A stretch of DNA of 64,000 bases. Source: Ginglymostoma cirratum. Taxonomy: Eukaryota. This document shows, piece after piece, positions 37,435-49,426 of the stretch. Numbering within the stretch: the stretch's first letter is position 1; every line of letters starts with the position of its first letter. The notes beneath the pieces are model-generated. The model was not told the origin of the DNA and made no database searches. It worked only from the letters and a program-made list of their open reading frames with translations. The position numbers and the translations under genes are program-made. The DNA is taken from assembly GCA_024137785.1 (NCBI GenBank), contig JAHRHZ010000018.1, positions 35,628,166-35,692,165 of the forward strand. Reading direction: 5' to 3'.

Positions 37435-37914
37435 TAAAATCAATGTCAGATCTTTTATTGCTGTTTCTGGTAATCTAACTTATCAACACTCTTTTATCAT
37501 CCCCAACACTGACATTTTATGAGTATGTTCCACTTTACAAGCTGCCCACTTAATGAGTCTGACTGCATTCTGAATAAAACAGAAAGCACCAATGGCACAT
37601 TCATTATTGTAAAAAGTTCTACTTTTCTATAGTCACAGAAGGTTTTGCCACCCCAAAAAGTGTGCAGTAGTTGCCAGGGAAGAACCAGGATTCCTAAATG
37701 CCAAGTGTGTGGCAGTGTGCGAAGATAAACTTAATGAGGATTAATATATGAACAGTTAGTTTGATCAGTCAGTTTCTGGACAGTTGGAAATAATACTTTG
37801 TTGCTGTTTACTGTTCCTTCAATGTCTCAAACTTCCTCTATTTATATAGCTACAAAGAGAAAGTGAGAGAGATGAAGACAAGTAGATGGGCAGCGAAACC
37901 TTAAAACTGTATAA

Positions 37915-38140
37915 AAACCGATAGAACTGTGGATGGTGTAAATCGGGAACAAAAACAAAGTTGCTGGAAAAGCTCAGCAGGTCTGGCTGCATCTGTGAAG
38001 AAAAAAAAGAGTTAATGTTTCAGGTCTGTTTCGTTTTTCAGTTCTAAGGAAGGGTCACCGGACCCGAAACATTAACTCTGTCTTTTTCCTTCACAGATGC
38101 TGCCAGACCTGCTGAGCTTTTCCAGCAACTTTTTTTTTTG
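37915..38140. mobile_element. Penelope-derived fold-back mini-element with hammerhead-like motif
   Basis: About 70-bp inverted arms. AGTT-CTAAGGA-A-GGGTC-ACCG-GACCC-GAAAC-ATT-AACT at 38040-38077. Flanks AAACCTTAAAACT (37896-37908) and AAATCTTAAAACT (38151-38163). Confidence 0.85.
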
Positions 38141-38284
38141 CCAATGTTTTAAATCTTAAAACTTATTGGCTGCAAAGTTGCCACAGGAAATTCCATGCTT
38201 CAGAAATAGTCACTGCATTAACCTTTTATGTCTGATTTCTGCTTGACTTGTGAGGTTTGTTTCATCCTTCATTAGGGCTAAAAA

Positions 38285-38520
38285 TATTGATGACCTAAAG
38301 TTTCTGGATTGGAGAAGGATGAAAATCTTAATCCAACTGGGAAGAGTGTGGAATTTTGCACACAACCTAGTTATACTAAATTCATATAACCCCTTGGATC
38401 TTTCTAATAAATAGCTACTAAGTAGGTCCTTGTTTTTGACTGGCACAGACTTGACAGGCCAACAGGTTTTTTTTTCAGTGCTGTCGACCTCTGACTCTAT
38501 GGCTCTGTGACCTCTGTGAC
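38285..38520 (+). mobile_element. CR1-type LINE 3' end
   Basis: Ends GGCACAGACTTGACAGGCCAACAGG...GTGCTGT followed by the short tandem tail CTCTGACTCTATGGCTCTGTGA. Confidence 0.6.
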
Positions 38521-40719
38521 CAGCTTAGGAAAGTACCAGTGAATTTTCCACCAATCCACTGCACATCAAGGTAGCTTACTAGGGGGAATCCCTGGGGTTT
38601 TTTGTTAGAAATTTGGCCCTTAATTGCTCTGAAAGACTTCCATCAATTATCATGCCAACTCTTGAACTCCCTTTTAGAAGTCATTCCTGTTCTAGGTTGA
38701 TGTTAGTAGTCAATGTTAAAATGAGTCAATCTTCTTGTTTGGAAGGCTCCTTTCAGATCTAAAGAATTGAAATAAAAATCACTAATATCTTTCACCCTGG
38801 TGCATCTGGTGAAATGCCAAACAAAGCTTTTGTGGGCTGCTCTTGCTAAAAAGGATGACTTAGGGTAGGTGGGTGTTGCCAATGCTTTCTTGAAGGTGTC
38901 CACACCCTTGCTTTCTGACTTCTTATTGTATCTAAATATTTATTTCATTCAGTTACTCAGGAAATTATTCTTTTTCAGTTGTTCTCTGCACACACCAACC
39001 CCCAAACCCCGCAACAGCTCACTGGTACACAACTCTGTGCCTGCCAGCACCCCATAGCTTCAGTTGTCACAGTCTTTTTTATCTGCAAGAATTGGATATT
39101 CTTGGCTGTAGCCTTCCACCTAACTATTATGCAATGCATTTTCTTCTCTTCATTAATTTTAGTGGAAAAATAAAAAGGAATATAAACCATTTTAACAGCC
39201 AGGCCTCATTGGCATTCTGCTTGCTGACTTCCTGATCAAAACATCCGAGAAGTGAATGGAAAGCAGCTGCCTAGCCATTAAAGTCAAGCTGTTCGGAATC
39301 ATCCACAGAGATCAGAGGGAGCACTACCCAACACCATGGCAAGTGGGTAGGTTGGGGTGACTGTGTGCATAGATTTAGTCGGAATCTAGAAGACGGGAGG
39401 CACAATTCATGCCAATAGAAACACACGTGCTCCGGATTGTGTAATAGAAAGTTAACCCTCTCCTGCCAATTTTCCACCTGTTCCCAAAATGACAATTACT
39501 GCCAGTGCATATTAGAGGTTCAATGTGGTTGAATTATTGCCGTGTTTTTTTTTCATTATTCAATACAAAAGTTCTCGTGGTGTTTATCCTTACTTTAAGT
39601 ACTCCATTAAAATCTCGAACAACCTGAAAAGGTTTATTCATGTTGTCTTTATGAATTACGTTTTTCAGTGATCTCAACTGTTCTAAAACTCTGGGTGGAT
39701 ATAATCTGTCTTAATTCGTTCAGTGTTAGAGATGATTGGATGTCAGTTATCAAAAGAACAAGATGATTGAAAAGTAGGTGTTTAATTTATACAGAAACGT
39801 AACTCTTTTTAAGAAAATTAAAGGACTTTTTAAAAAAAAAAGTTGCTTTTTGAGTATTTGTTTTCATTGACAGTGTTATGTATTCTTAGGAAGAGAAGGA
39901 TTGAGAAGATTAGTGGAATTCAATGTTCTCCTTGAACATACAGACTCCTCTGTTTCCTCAAATGAAAATGATTAGCATTTTTTAAAAAACCTATTGTACG
40001 AGTATGTACCAATATTCATATACAATATGATCGTCATTTGTCACAAACAAATTGCTGGCAATTAAAGTAATAAATATCCACTTTGTTTTTTTAATTCTGC
40101 AGAGAAAACATTTGGTATTCTGTGTCACATGCTCTTACACATTTAATCTGATTTATTTACACATTTATTCTTGACATTTTAAATGCAAAAGAGCAGCTTT
40201 GAGCCAAACTCATTTGAACCAGAGAGTTTGGATAGAACTTTTATTAAACTCATTCAAAATTTGATCCAAGGTACACCAGATGTTATTAAGTAAATAACAG
40301 TAAGCAGACCCTTGTCTGACTTTTAATGCAATAAAGAAAAAATGTAATTTAACTACATTGAGCATTAAGAGATGGAATAAAATTGTAGAGGAAAGTTGCA
40401 TTATGAACAAAGCAGAACAGTAGCTGATAACTGTGCTAAGAAGAATTGACCATGTCTTATACAGTTAAATGATGTGTCTCCCTCGGATCCAATGCAGATT
40501 CCTTCAAGGTTTAGGCATTGGCATCATTTTCAACCTTGCAGCATATCTGTTCTCCCATCAATTATCTGCTTAGTAATGCATCCAGTGCTACAGGCTGCAG
40601 CTAACAATACGACTGTTCTATAGATTGAAGTTAATTTCTCACTTTTAATGCATAAAGCATTTAAAACTAATATTTATGCATTCTTAAAACAAACTGCCAT
40701 ATACTATTAGCAAGAAGCA

Positions 40720-42800
40720 GGGAACTAAATTAGGTGTGGGGATTATTATGGGCAATTAACTCATGCCTAATCATTTTAATGCAAACAACATGCCAACTTT
40801 GTGCTGGCTGCTCATCTGGTTGATTCCTCTGCAGAACCAACATTGACTACAAGAAACATTGGCTAAACGCATCAGTAGGACACCCAAAACTGTGACCGTT
40901 TAGTGTCAATATGTACCTCTTTGCATTTTGACTGAACTGGAAACTGGTAGTTACTTGAGTGGAAAGTAAATTTGACTTAGGAAAAAGTGAAGTATGACTC
41001 AGTATGTGAAAGATCTGCCTCAAAGGGTAGCAGATAGTGCACTGGATGCCCTGGTGGAAGGAGGACACAAGAACTGTAACTGTGACATGGGTGTGAATTG
41101 GAGGAGCACAGGTTCCTCCAGACATTTGATCAAAATACGATGAAAGCAGAGGTTAATGCTAGGAGGCAACATGGAAGACCAAAGTGCAATCGTCTAAGAA
41201 GTTCAAATGAAGTCACACAAATGGTCAAGGTCAGTGAGAGCATCTTCAAATGGAATACCCTGTCACCTGCACCACTTGTCTTACACACTAAACAATTCAT
41301 CACTGCCTCATCACTCAGCTATCAATCTCAAATCAATCATAACTTTTGCCTGACATTTGGATACTTCACCGAAATGAATACTGCTGCAAGTCTCACACCT
41401 ACACATCACAGCTTCCACACTGCTAGCTATTCAACCATGACAGCCACAGCAGATTCATAGATTGTGGACTCTCATATACACTATTCTTTCTCTTGCAAGA
41501 CAAAGTTTCAAATCCAGAAGTGGTGGGAGGCAATCGGAGAGGTGCCCTGTATACCTGCATGTTCTAAGACCATCAGAGGAGATGGTGCCAGCCAGAGTCA
41601 GGATGACTGTTCCTGAAACTGTGGCCCACAGCAAATCTAAATCCATTGAAATGATGGTATTCTCATACCTAATCCTCATTCTCAGATAGTACTTCTCCCT
41701 TATCCACGCAGGCTTCTGATTCATAAGTTGCAAATCATTTTCATCTTGCCCCTCTTACTTTATATCACCATCCGTGCCAGCCGTTCCCCCATCTCCGAAT
41801 CCCTGTAACACAATCTTTTTGCCCTTTTCCTTTCTTGTACCCAACAGGTGCCAGTGAGGAAAAGCCACCTAGATTATGAAGATTATTTGGTGTTCTGTCT
41901 TCATAGTTTCACACTTGCACCATCAGCTCAGGTACACATGCTGTGTGTAGCCGAGAAGATAGATTCAAGATGCTTGTACACATGATGAACTCCCCTGACA
42001 AACTGTGCTCTAGCCAGGGCAGCTGGGCCAGAGAGTGAGGTTACACACACGTTCTGCTTAGAGGACTCAAATGAGCACTTTGAAGGGACAGCCTGCAAAA
42101 GAAAATGCTTTTGTGTTTTCAGGCCTGCCAGAAATCCTGCCATCAATGTTAATGTACATGGAGTCCAACCCCAACCTAGCACAGGGCTTTGTACACAACT
42201 TGTAGCCCATCCTTTGCAGTATGAATGTGATATGGCCATTCACACATTTTATATGAAAGCACAGTACTGTGAATGCTGGAAACCTGAAACAAACTCAGAG
42301 AATGCTGGAAGAACTCAGCAGGTCATGAAGCATCTGTAGAGAGAGAAACAGAGTTAATGTTTTGAGTCCAGGATGACTTTTCTTCAGGACTATTTCAGAA
42401 CTTTCTTGAGAACATAATCAGAATTACCGTTCGCATACTTGTGGATCATAGCATGATGCAGCATCTGGTGGTTGTTGTCTCAGATTGTAAGTCAATGTAA
42501 TCAGTTAGTACCCAATGTCTCGATGCTGGAGTGCACGCTCAGATTGCTGCTGTCATGACAGTGGATTGCAGTTTGCAGAGGAGTTTGCATAGCATTGTTA
42601 CAGTGCAACATTCTTGTACATTTACAGATGACTAGGATTGCTAAGGTATTTCCCTGGGGAAAAGCCAACGCCTGCTTCAAGTCCTTTCACAGAAAGATAG
42701 CATTCATGTTCACAACACTGTCACTGCCACTGCCTGTCTGTTAACTGACAGCCAGCCAGTAAGCCCATAGTTGGAACTTATAGGCCTGCTAAAGGTCATC
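40720..42800 (+). mobile_element. Harbinger remnant, copy 3: Myb/SANT-gene half, inverted relative to copy 2
   Basis: 40745-40810 resembles the reverse complement of 28255-28320 (CAATTAAC...AATGCA...CATG.CAA.TTTGTGCTG). Then ADSALDALVE...AEVNAR...KKF...EVTQMVK. Right boundary uncertain. Confidence 0.55.
42258..42392 (-). mobile_element. Single-arm Penelope terminal-repeat fragment with decayed hammerhead motif
   Basis: Minus strand reads CTGAAGA-A-AAGTCATCCTGGACTC-AAAACATTAACTCTG; homologous to 30945-31070. Confidence 0.7.
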
Positions 42801-42829
42801 CTGCAGGACCATCTGAAGTCTTCCATCAC

Positions 42830-45025
42830 TGTTGGGAAAACTAATGGAAATAAAGGCAGCTAAATCCTCAAGGCCTGATAACTTCCATCTCAGAGTATTT
42901 AAGGAAGTGGCCCTAGAAATAGCAGATGTACTAGTGGTCATCATCCAATTTTTTTTTGACTTTGGAACAGTCCCTGTGGATTGGAGGGTAAGTAATGTAA
43001 TCCCACCATTTAAAAAGGAAAGTGAGAGAAAGCAGTGAATTAGAGACTGATTGGTTTGACATAGGGAGTGGAGAAAATAGGATATTCCATTATAAAATAT
43101 GTAGTAGCAGAGCACTTAGGAGATAGTGACAAGGCAGGACAGAGGCAACATGACTTTATAAAGAGGAGGTTGTGCTTGACAAATCTGCTGGAATTTTTTG
43201 AGGATGTAACTACAGAGTGAATAAGGGGGATCCAGTGGATGTGGTCTACTTGGATTTTCAGAAGGCTTTCAATCAGGTCCCACGAAAGAGATTAGCATGG
43301 AAAATTAAAGCACATGGGATTAGAGGTCCTGTACTAAAATAGATTGAGAACTGATTGACAGAAAAGAAACAGTGAGAATGAACAGGTGTTTTGCGCAATG
43401 ACTGGTGGGAAAGAGCAGGGATCAGTGCCTGGACCCTGGCTATTCACAATACATATTAATGATTAGATGAGGAGTGTATATGGATTGCAGCAAAGCCTTT
43501 GACAAGATCCCACACTGGAGATAGACAAAGAAGATAAAAGCATATGGAATCTGGGGTAACTTGGCAAGTTAGATTCAAAATTGGCTTAGTTGTAGGAGAC
43601 AGATTGTGGTGGTAGAAGGTTGATTGTGTGGTTGGAGGCTGGTGTCTAGTGATGTTCTGCAGGGATCAGTGCTGGCCCCCTTTTTTCTTGAGATTTATAT
43701 AAATGATACAAATGAAAATGTGGGGTGATGGTAAGTACGTTTGCGGATGACATGAAGATTGAACGGGTAGTTTGATAGTGTAGATGAAGGTCTTAGGTTA
43801 CAGGCAGATATAGACAGGTTGAACAGATGAGTAGATCAGTAGCAGGTGAAATTTAACCCTGAACTGTGTAAGGTGGTGCACTTTGAAAGAAGTAACAAAA
43901 CAAGGGATTACTCATTGAATGGCAGAACACTAGGAAGTTCAGAGGAACAAATGGATCTTAGGGTACTTGTACACAGAAGGCAGCAGAACAGGGTGGTTAA
44001 GAAGGCATATTGGATATTTGCCTTTATCAGTCATGACAAAGATTATAAGAGTGGGAAGATTATGCTGGAACTGTACAAAATGTTGGTTAGGCCACAGCTG
44101 GACTACTGCATGAATCTCGTCACTGCACTAAAGGAAGGATGGAAGGGGTGCAGAGGAGATTCGCTGGGGTGATACCTGGGATGGACCAGTTTAGCTAGCA
44201 AGACAGGCTGCAAGACCTCAGGTTTCTTTTCTTTCAAGCAGAGAAGGATGCAGGGTGGGGTTGACCTGAATGGGTATATAAGATTATGAGGGGCATGGAC
44301 AAGGTGGATAGAAAGCAGCTGTTCTCTTATTTGAAGGACCAATAATGAGGGGGCATAATTTTAACTGAAAAGCAGGAGGTTTAAAGGAGATTTGAGGATT
44401 GTCTTTTCACCCAGAGGGTGATGAGAATCTGCACTGCCTGGGTGGGTAGCTGAGGCAGGAAATCTCACAATCTTTAAAGCATACTTGAATCAGCAGTTGA
44501 AATGTAGTAGCATTCAAGGCTATGGGCCAAGTGTAGAATAAGAGTAGTTTTTGTCAGTGCAGATTTGATGGGCCAAAAGGCATCTTCAGCTCTTTACGAT
44601 TCTGTGACTCTGCATCATGTCTCAAAGTTTGTAGATGGCACAAAGCTGGGTCGGAGGGTATGCTGTGAGGAGGATGCAGAGAATCTTGAGATGTGGAGAA
44701 GTTAAATAAGTGGTCAAAAAATAGCAGAAGCAGTGAAATTTGTGTGAATGTGAGGTTATCCACTTTGGTCGCAAAAACAGGTAGGCAGATTATTATCTGA
44801 ATAGCAGTATATTGGGAAAGGAGTGGTGCAATGATACCTGGGCATCCTTGTACACAAGTCACTGAAAATAAACATGCAGGCCCCGTAAGCAGTGAAGAAA
44901 GCAGATGGTATAAGGGATTGGCCTTTGAGAGCAGAGATGAGGAGAAACTGCAACACCCAGAGACTAGTGTACCTGTGGAATTCTCTGCTATAGAAGGTGG
45001 TTGAGGCCAAACCGTTGAGATGCTG
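42830..45025 (+). mobile_element. CR1 LINE (RT region), split by a second CR1
   Basis: KSSRPDNFHLRVFKEVALEIAD...VPVDWRVSNVIPPFKK, VDVVYLDFQKAF, QGSVPGPWLFTIHIND up to ~43473. Resumes with SKFVDGTKLG at ~44620. Confidence 0.85.
43474..44612 (+). mobile_element. 5'-truncated CR1 LINE nested in another CR1
   Basis: VYMDCSKAFDKIPH, QGSVLAP, FADDMKI, KFNPELCKVVHF, LYKMLVRPQLDYC; 3' tail TACGATTCTGTGACTCTG. Confidence 0.85.
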
Positions 45026-45219
45026 CAGGCGATTAGCAGCTGCAGAATTGTACTCAAAATTTCATGGCCCCAGACAAGGTTACTGAAACAAGCAAGACAT
45101 GTACCACCCCAAGTCGAAGAGGCGGGGCCGGAGCCAGTAGAGGTGAGTGTAGGTGGGGGGTAGGGAGGAGATAGGTCAGTCCAGGGAGGACGGACAGGTC
45201 AAGGGGGGGCGGGATGATG

Positions 45220-45619
45220 NNNNNNNNNNNNNNNNNNNNNNNNNNNNNNNNNNNNNNNNNNNNNNNNNNNNNNNNNNNNNNNNNNNNNNNNNNNNNNNNN
45301 NNNNNNNNNNNNNNNNNNNNNNNNNNNNNNNNNNNNNNNNNNNNNNNNNNNNNNNNNNNNNNNNNNNNNNNNNNNNNNNNNNNNNNNNNNNNNNNNNNNN
45401 NNNNNNNNNNNNNNNNNNNNNNNNNNNNNNNNNNNNNNNNNNNNNNNNNNNNNNNNNNNNNNNNNNNNNNNNNNNNNNNNNNNNNNNNNNNNNNNNNNNN
45501 NNNNNNNNNNNNNNNNNNNNNNNNNNNNNNNNNNNNNNNNNNNNNNNNNNNNNNNNNNNNNNNNNNNNNNNNNNNNNNNNNNNNNNNNNNNNNNNNNNNN
45601 NNNNNNNNNNNNNNNNNNN
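45220..45619. other. Assembly gap (400 N), probably spurious
   Basis: The same 40 bp occur on both sides (45180-45219 and 45620-45659). Confidence 0.9.
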
Positions 45620-45888
45620 TCCAGGGAGGACGGACAGGTCAAGGGGGGGCGGGATGATGTTAGTAGTTAGGAGATGGGGGTGGGGCTTGAGGTGGGAGGA
45701 GGGGATAGGTGAGAGGAAAAACAGGTTGGACTGACCTATCTCCTCCCTACCCCCCCACCTACACTCACCTTTACTGGCTCCATCCCCGCCTCTTCGACTT
45801 GTCTGCCTCCTCTCCACCTATCCTCTCCTCTATCCATCCTCTATCCCCCTCTCTCCCTATTTATTTCAGAACCCTCTTCCCCTCCCCC

Positions 45889-45924
45889 ATTTCTGATGAA
45901 GGGTCTAGGCCTGAAACGTCAAGC
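45889..45924 (+). ncRNA. Minimal type I hammerhead ribozyme motif (PLE-type)
   Basis: TTT-CTGATGA-A-GGGT-CTAG-GCCT-GAAAC-GTC-AAG: conserved CUGANGA and GAAA boxes, palindromic ACGU helix III, and a GUC cleavage triplet. Activity untested. Confidence 0.65.
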
Positions 45925-48900
45925 TTTCCTGCTCCTATGATGCTGCTTGGCCTGCTGTGTTCATCCAGCCCCACACCTTGTTATCTCGGATTCTCCAGCA
46001 TCTGCAGTACCTTTTATCTCTCACATGTACCACCCCGGCTGAAAGGCAAAGCCACCTCAAGACAGGGATGAGAAATTAATCCAGCTAAATACTGCTCCCA
46101 AAGTGGCCACAACTAAGGTAAAACTTCAGGTGAATGGCCGCTGCTCAGATATGGAGGGAGACAAAGGTGTCACAGTATCCATTGTTGGGGAGAAAACCTT
46201 TGGCAAACTCTGATGGGGCATGTTGCTTCAAGTCACAAACACTGGAATGCCCTTATGTATTACTGGGACCACTCTGACCCCCAGTTACACATGGGCAATA
46301 GACAGTCCCATTCCCTTTAATGGTGGTGCAAGGGGCAGCTCCCCTTTTGAGAAGGGACTGACTACAGAAAATCCACCTGGATTGGCAACAGATCTTTAAA
46401 ATGGGAACTGACAACATATATGAAGTCATCAGGAAATATCCCAAAACCTTCCAAGAGGGTCTCAGGAAAATAAACAGTGCTGAGCCAAGATCTACGTAGA
46501 CCCAGAGGCCCAATCTAAATAATTCAAAGCACGGGCAGTCCCCTATGCCCTATGTACCAGAGTAGAGAATGAATTGGGATACGTAGATAAACTTGGCATC
46601 ATATGTCCAGTGCAATTGACTGAATAGGCCACACTAGTTGTCCCAGGTTTAAAACCTGACAACTTGGTTTGTTTCTGTGGTGATTATAAGCTGATAGGGT
46701 CAACAGATCTTCCCGCTTAGACAGACACCATATGTCATGAATAGAAGACTTGTACCAAATCTGGTTGCGGTTCACATTTTTTCCAAATTGGATATGAGCC
46801 ACATCTACGTCCAACCAGAACTTGCAGTGTTATCCAGGAAGTACGTCACTACAAATACTCAAAAAGGACTGTGATTACACGTGCTTGCCTTCAGCTCGCA
46901 CCATCTTTCAAAGGGTGATGGAGAGCCTCCAAGAGGTGCCTAAAGTGCCATTCTATCTGGATGATGTTCTAATCTGAGGGGCTACTTTAAAAGAACATTT
47001 GAGAGTCTGGAGGAGGTTTTGAAGTGTTGCAGCTGGCATCCAGCTAAAAAGGGGAAACTTTTGTGTTCCAGGTAAACGAGGTAATGCACCTCAGCTACAG
47101 AGTCGGCAAGGATGGATGACACAAAGAAAAGGTGAAGGCTATTAAAAAGGGTTCTGATTCCAAGAAACAGGGTTGAAGCCTTTTCTGGGTTTCATAATTT
47201 ACAATAGGGAATTCATACCCAACCCAGCAACCTCATTGGCACCCCTCCATGTCCTGGTAAAAAGAAACAGAAATGGTTGTGGCAAATGCCAGAAGAGAAA
47301 GCCTTTACAAATGTCAACCAACAACTACTGTCAACAAATATATAAAACCATTATTCCCAAGACAACTCATTTTAACCAGTGACGCCTCTGCCTATGGAAT
47401 GGGGGTCGTTTATCGCACCATTGGGACAGAATGTCTAATCATGTATGCATCACGGCCCCCGACAAAGGCAGAAAGGAAAATTGCTCAGATCGAGAAAGAA
47501 GGGTTGGCCATGGTACACATGGTGAAAAAGTTCCACCAGTATGACTACGGTTAATAATTTACCATCGTAACTGATCACAAACCTCCTGTGGGCCTCTTCA
47601 AGGAAGGCAAAGTGATTCCACCCATTGTATCAGGTCAAATCCAGTGATGGGCACTGTTATTAGGTGTCTATGAATATACCTTGGATCATCATACAGGGAG
47701 ACATGTAGCCAATGCTGATACCATGAGCTGTCTGCCACTACCCACCAGCCTACCTTCTCCTGTAAAGGTGGATGAAGTCATTGTTACTTTGAACTTCATG
47801 AACACTCTGACAGTATCTGCCAAGCAAACCCAGGCATGGACCCAAAAGGACCTTACGTTGATGAAGGACATCATATCATCCTAAATGGTGGACCACAAGG
47901 ATGTTTTATGGAAAAGTTGAAACCCTATTATCTCAAAATATCAGGACTGGAGCATATCACACGGCATTATCTTAGGGGAGTTCGAGTGATTGTCCCATGT
48001 CTAGACAACAACCAATACGTCAAGAATTGCACAATGATCACCCAGGAATTTCTAAAATGAAAGTGCTCACAAGGAGCAATGCTTAGTGGCCTGGTCAGTC
48101 AGTGCAAAACATGCCAGGAAAACCAGCAGGCCCCTCCAGCAGACTCACAGCACCAACAGAAATGGCCAGAGATACCTTGGGTACGAGTACATACAGATTT
48201 AACAGGGCCGTTTATGGGCTCTATGTTCTTGATCTGTATCTATTCAAAATGCATTGATGTGCATCAACTGGCCTTTACTACCTCTTACAAAACCAGAGAA
48301 ATATGCACGGGACACCTGACATCCTTGAAACAGACAATGTGACCCATTTACCAGCAGTGAGTTTCAGACTTTTATGAAGACAAATGGGATAAAATGCATC
48401 TGCATGGCACCCTACCACCCCTCCTCAAATGGTCTGGCCAAGCAGGTGACCCAGGTATTCAAAATGAGCATGAGAAAGCAAAGGGCAGGTTCTTTGGAAA
48501 CAAAGTTTGCAGTTTTCCTCTTCAACTAGAGGTCAGTGCCACATGTAACGATGGGAGTAGCCCTGATGGAACTATTGTAAGGACGATGCCTTCTGACTAC
48601 GTTTAGCCTGACTTTCCCAAACTTGGGCGACAAGATTGAATTTTATCATGAAGTGCAGAACAGGGGCCAAACAGAAAGTTTAAATTACAGTCCATATACG
48701 GATCTTCAGTGATAGCTGTCCATGGAATCTGGGTGTTATCCTTAAAAAAATGGGACTGGTGTCATATGCGGTTGAAACTGGAGAGAAGACTGCAAAAAAG
48801 CACCTCTATTAGTGGCAACCCTCCACTGAAGTAATTGTTTCGACAGGCACACAATCACTAGATTCCTGTGAACCAACTCCACCCAATAAAAACTCAAGAT

Positions 48901-49160
48901 TCAGTCCTGAGAACTACCAGGATTCAGGCTCAGAGATGGCGACAGAAACAGCAGAAGCTCTCTTGGAGGGTGCAACTGAGTAGCTCTTTGATGGTCTTCG
49001 CTGAAGAGAAATTTACCTTCTTATTTCAATTCCCCACCGCCCCAATCCCCCACTGACTATTTCCAAAAGGCACCAGGAATGGGGCCATGTACAAAGTGAT
49101 GCAAGAGGCCCCAGCATCACAAGAATGAGGGGTGAACCTGTGGACTTGAAGGGTGAGGAA

Positions 49161-49426
49161 TGTGATAAACCCTAAAAAGCTTATGGGGAATTATTAATTT
49201 ATCTCCTCATGGAACTCATTGAGTATGAGTTTCCTTGGTAACAGGCAATGGCCAGCCCAGCTGGAACTCATCACCTGAGTCCTTTACAAAGCAGACTCAG
49301 GGATAGGTCTGCAGAACTATCTGTCCCATGCCAGAACTAGAATATGTACACCATGAGTAGTGGTTTTATTTTTGTGTTCAACCATGACTGATGTTCCTTT
49401 CCAGTTGGGCTTCCTGAGTTATTACA
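49161..49426 (+). repeat. 3' LTR of Gypsy element
   Basis: Follows the polypurine tract GAAGGGTGAGGAA. Termini TGTGATAA...TTATTACA (TG...CA, 7/8 inverted match). Confidence 0.7.

Larger units (their letters stand above)
45111..46022 (+). mobile_element. Young Penelope terminal repeat with inverted partial copy, 14-bp TSD and intact hammerhead core
   Basis: 45111-45182 is the reverse complement of ~45728-45800. ACATGTACCACCCC flanks it at 45097-45110 and 46023-46036. The 3' end is homologous to 37232-37434 and 54907-55034. Confidence 0.88.
45040..49426 (+). mobile_element. Decayed Ty3/Gypsy LTR retrotransposon (protease, RT, RNase H, integrase) with 3' LTR; 5' end missing
   Basis: FKARAVPYAL and LKPD...FCGDYKL (RT), YLDDVLI, LTSDASAYGMG...AQIEKEGLA...KKFHQY...TDHKP (RNase H), PWVRVHTDLTGPFMG and APYHPSSNGLA (integrase). 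Domain order is Gypsy-type. Confidence 0.9.

Noticed and set aside
37264-37435. pre-miRNA or classical MITE
   Set aside because: The arms match Penelope terminal repeats and are asymmetric, and the 16-bp TSD fits retrotransposition better than cut-and-paste transposition.
41225-41233. Perfect ERR response element TCAAGGTCA (possible autoregulation)
   Set aside because: It lies in a decayed Harbinger Myb coding remnant, and a single 9-mer is expected by chance in a window this size.
45153-45817. Long ORFs of 147-213 aa (and those at 12762-13189)
   Set aside because: Artefacts of translating through N runs.
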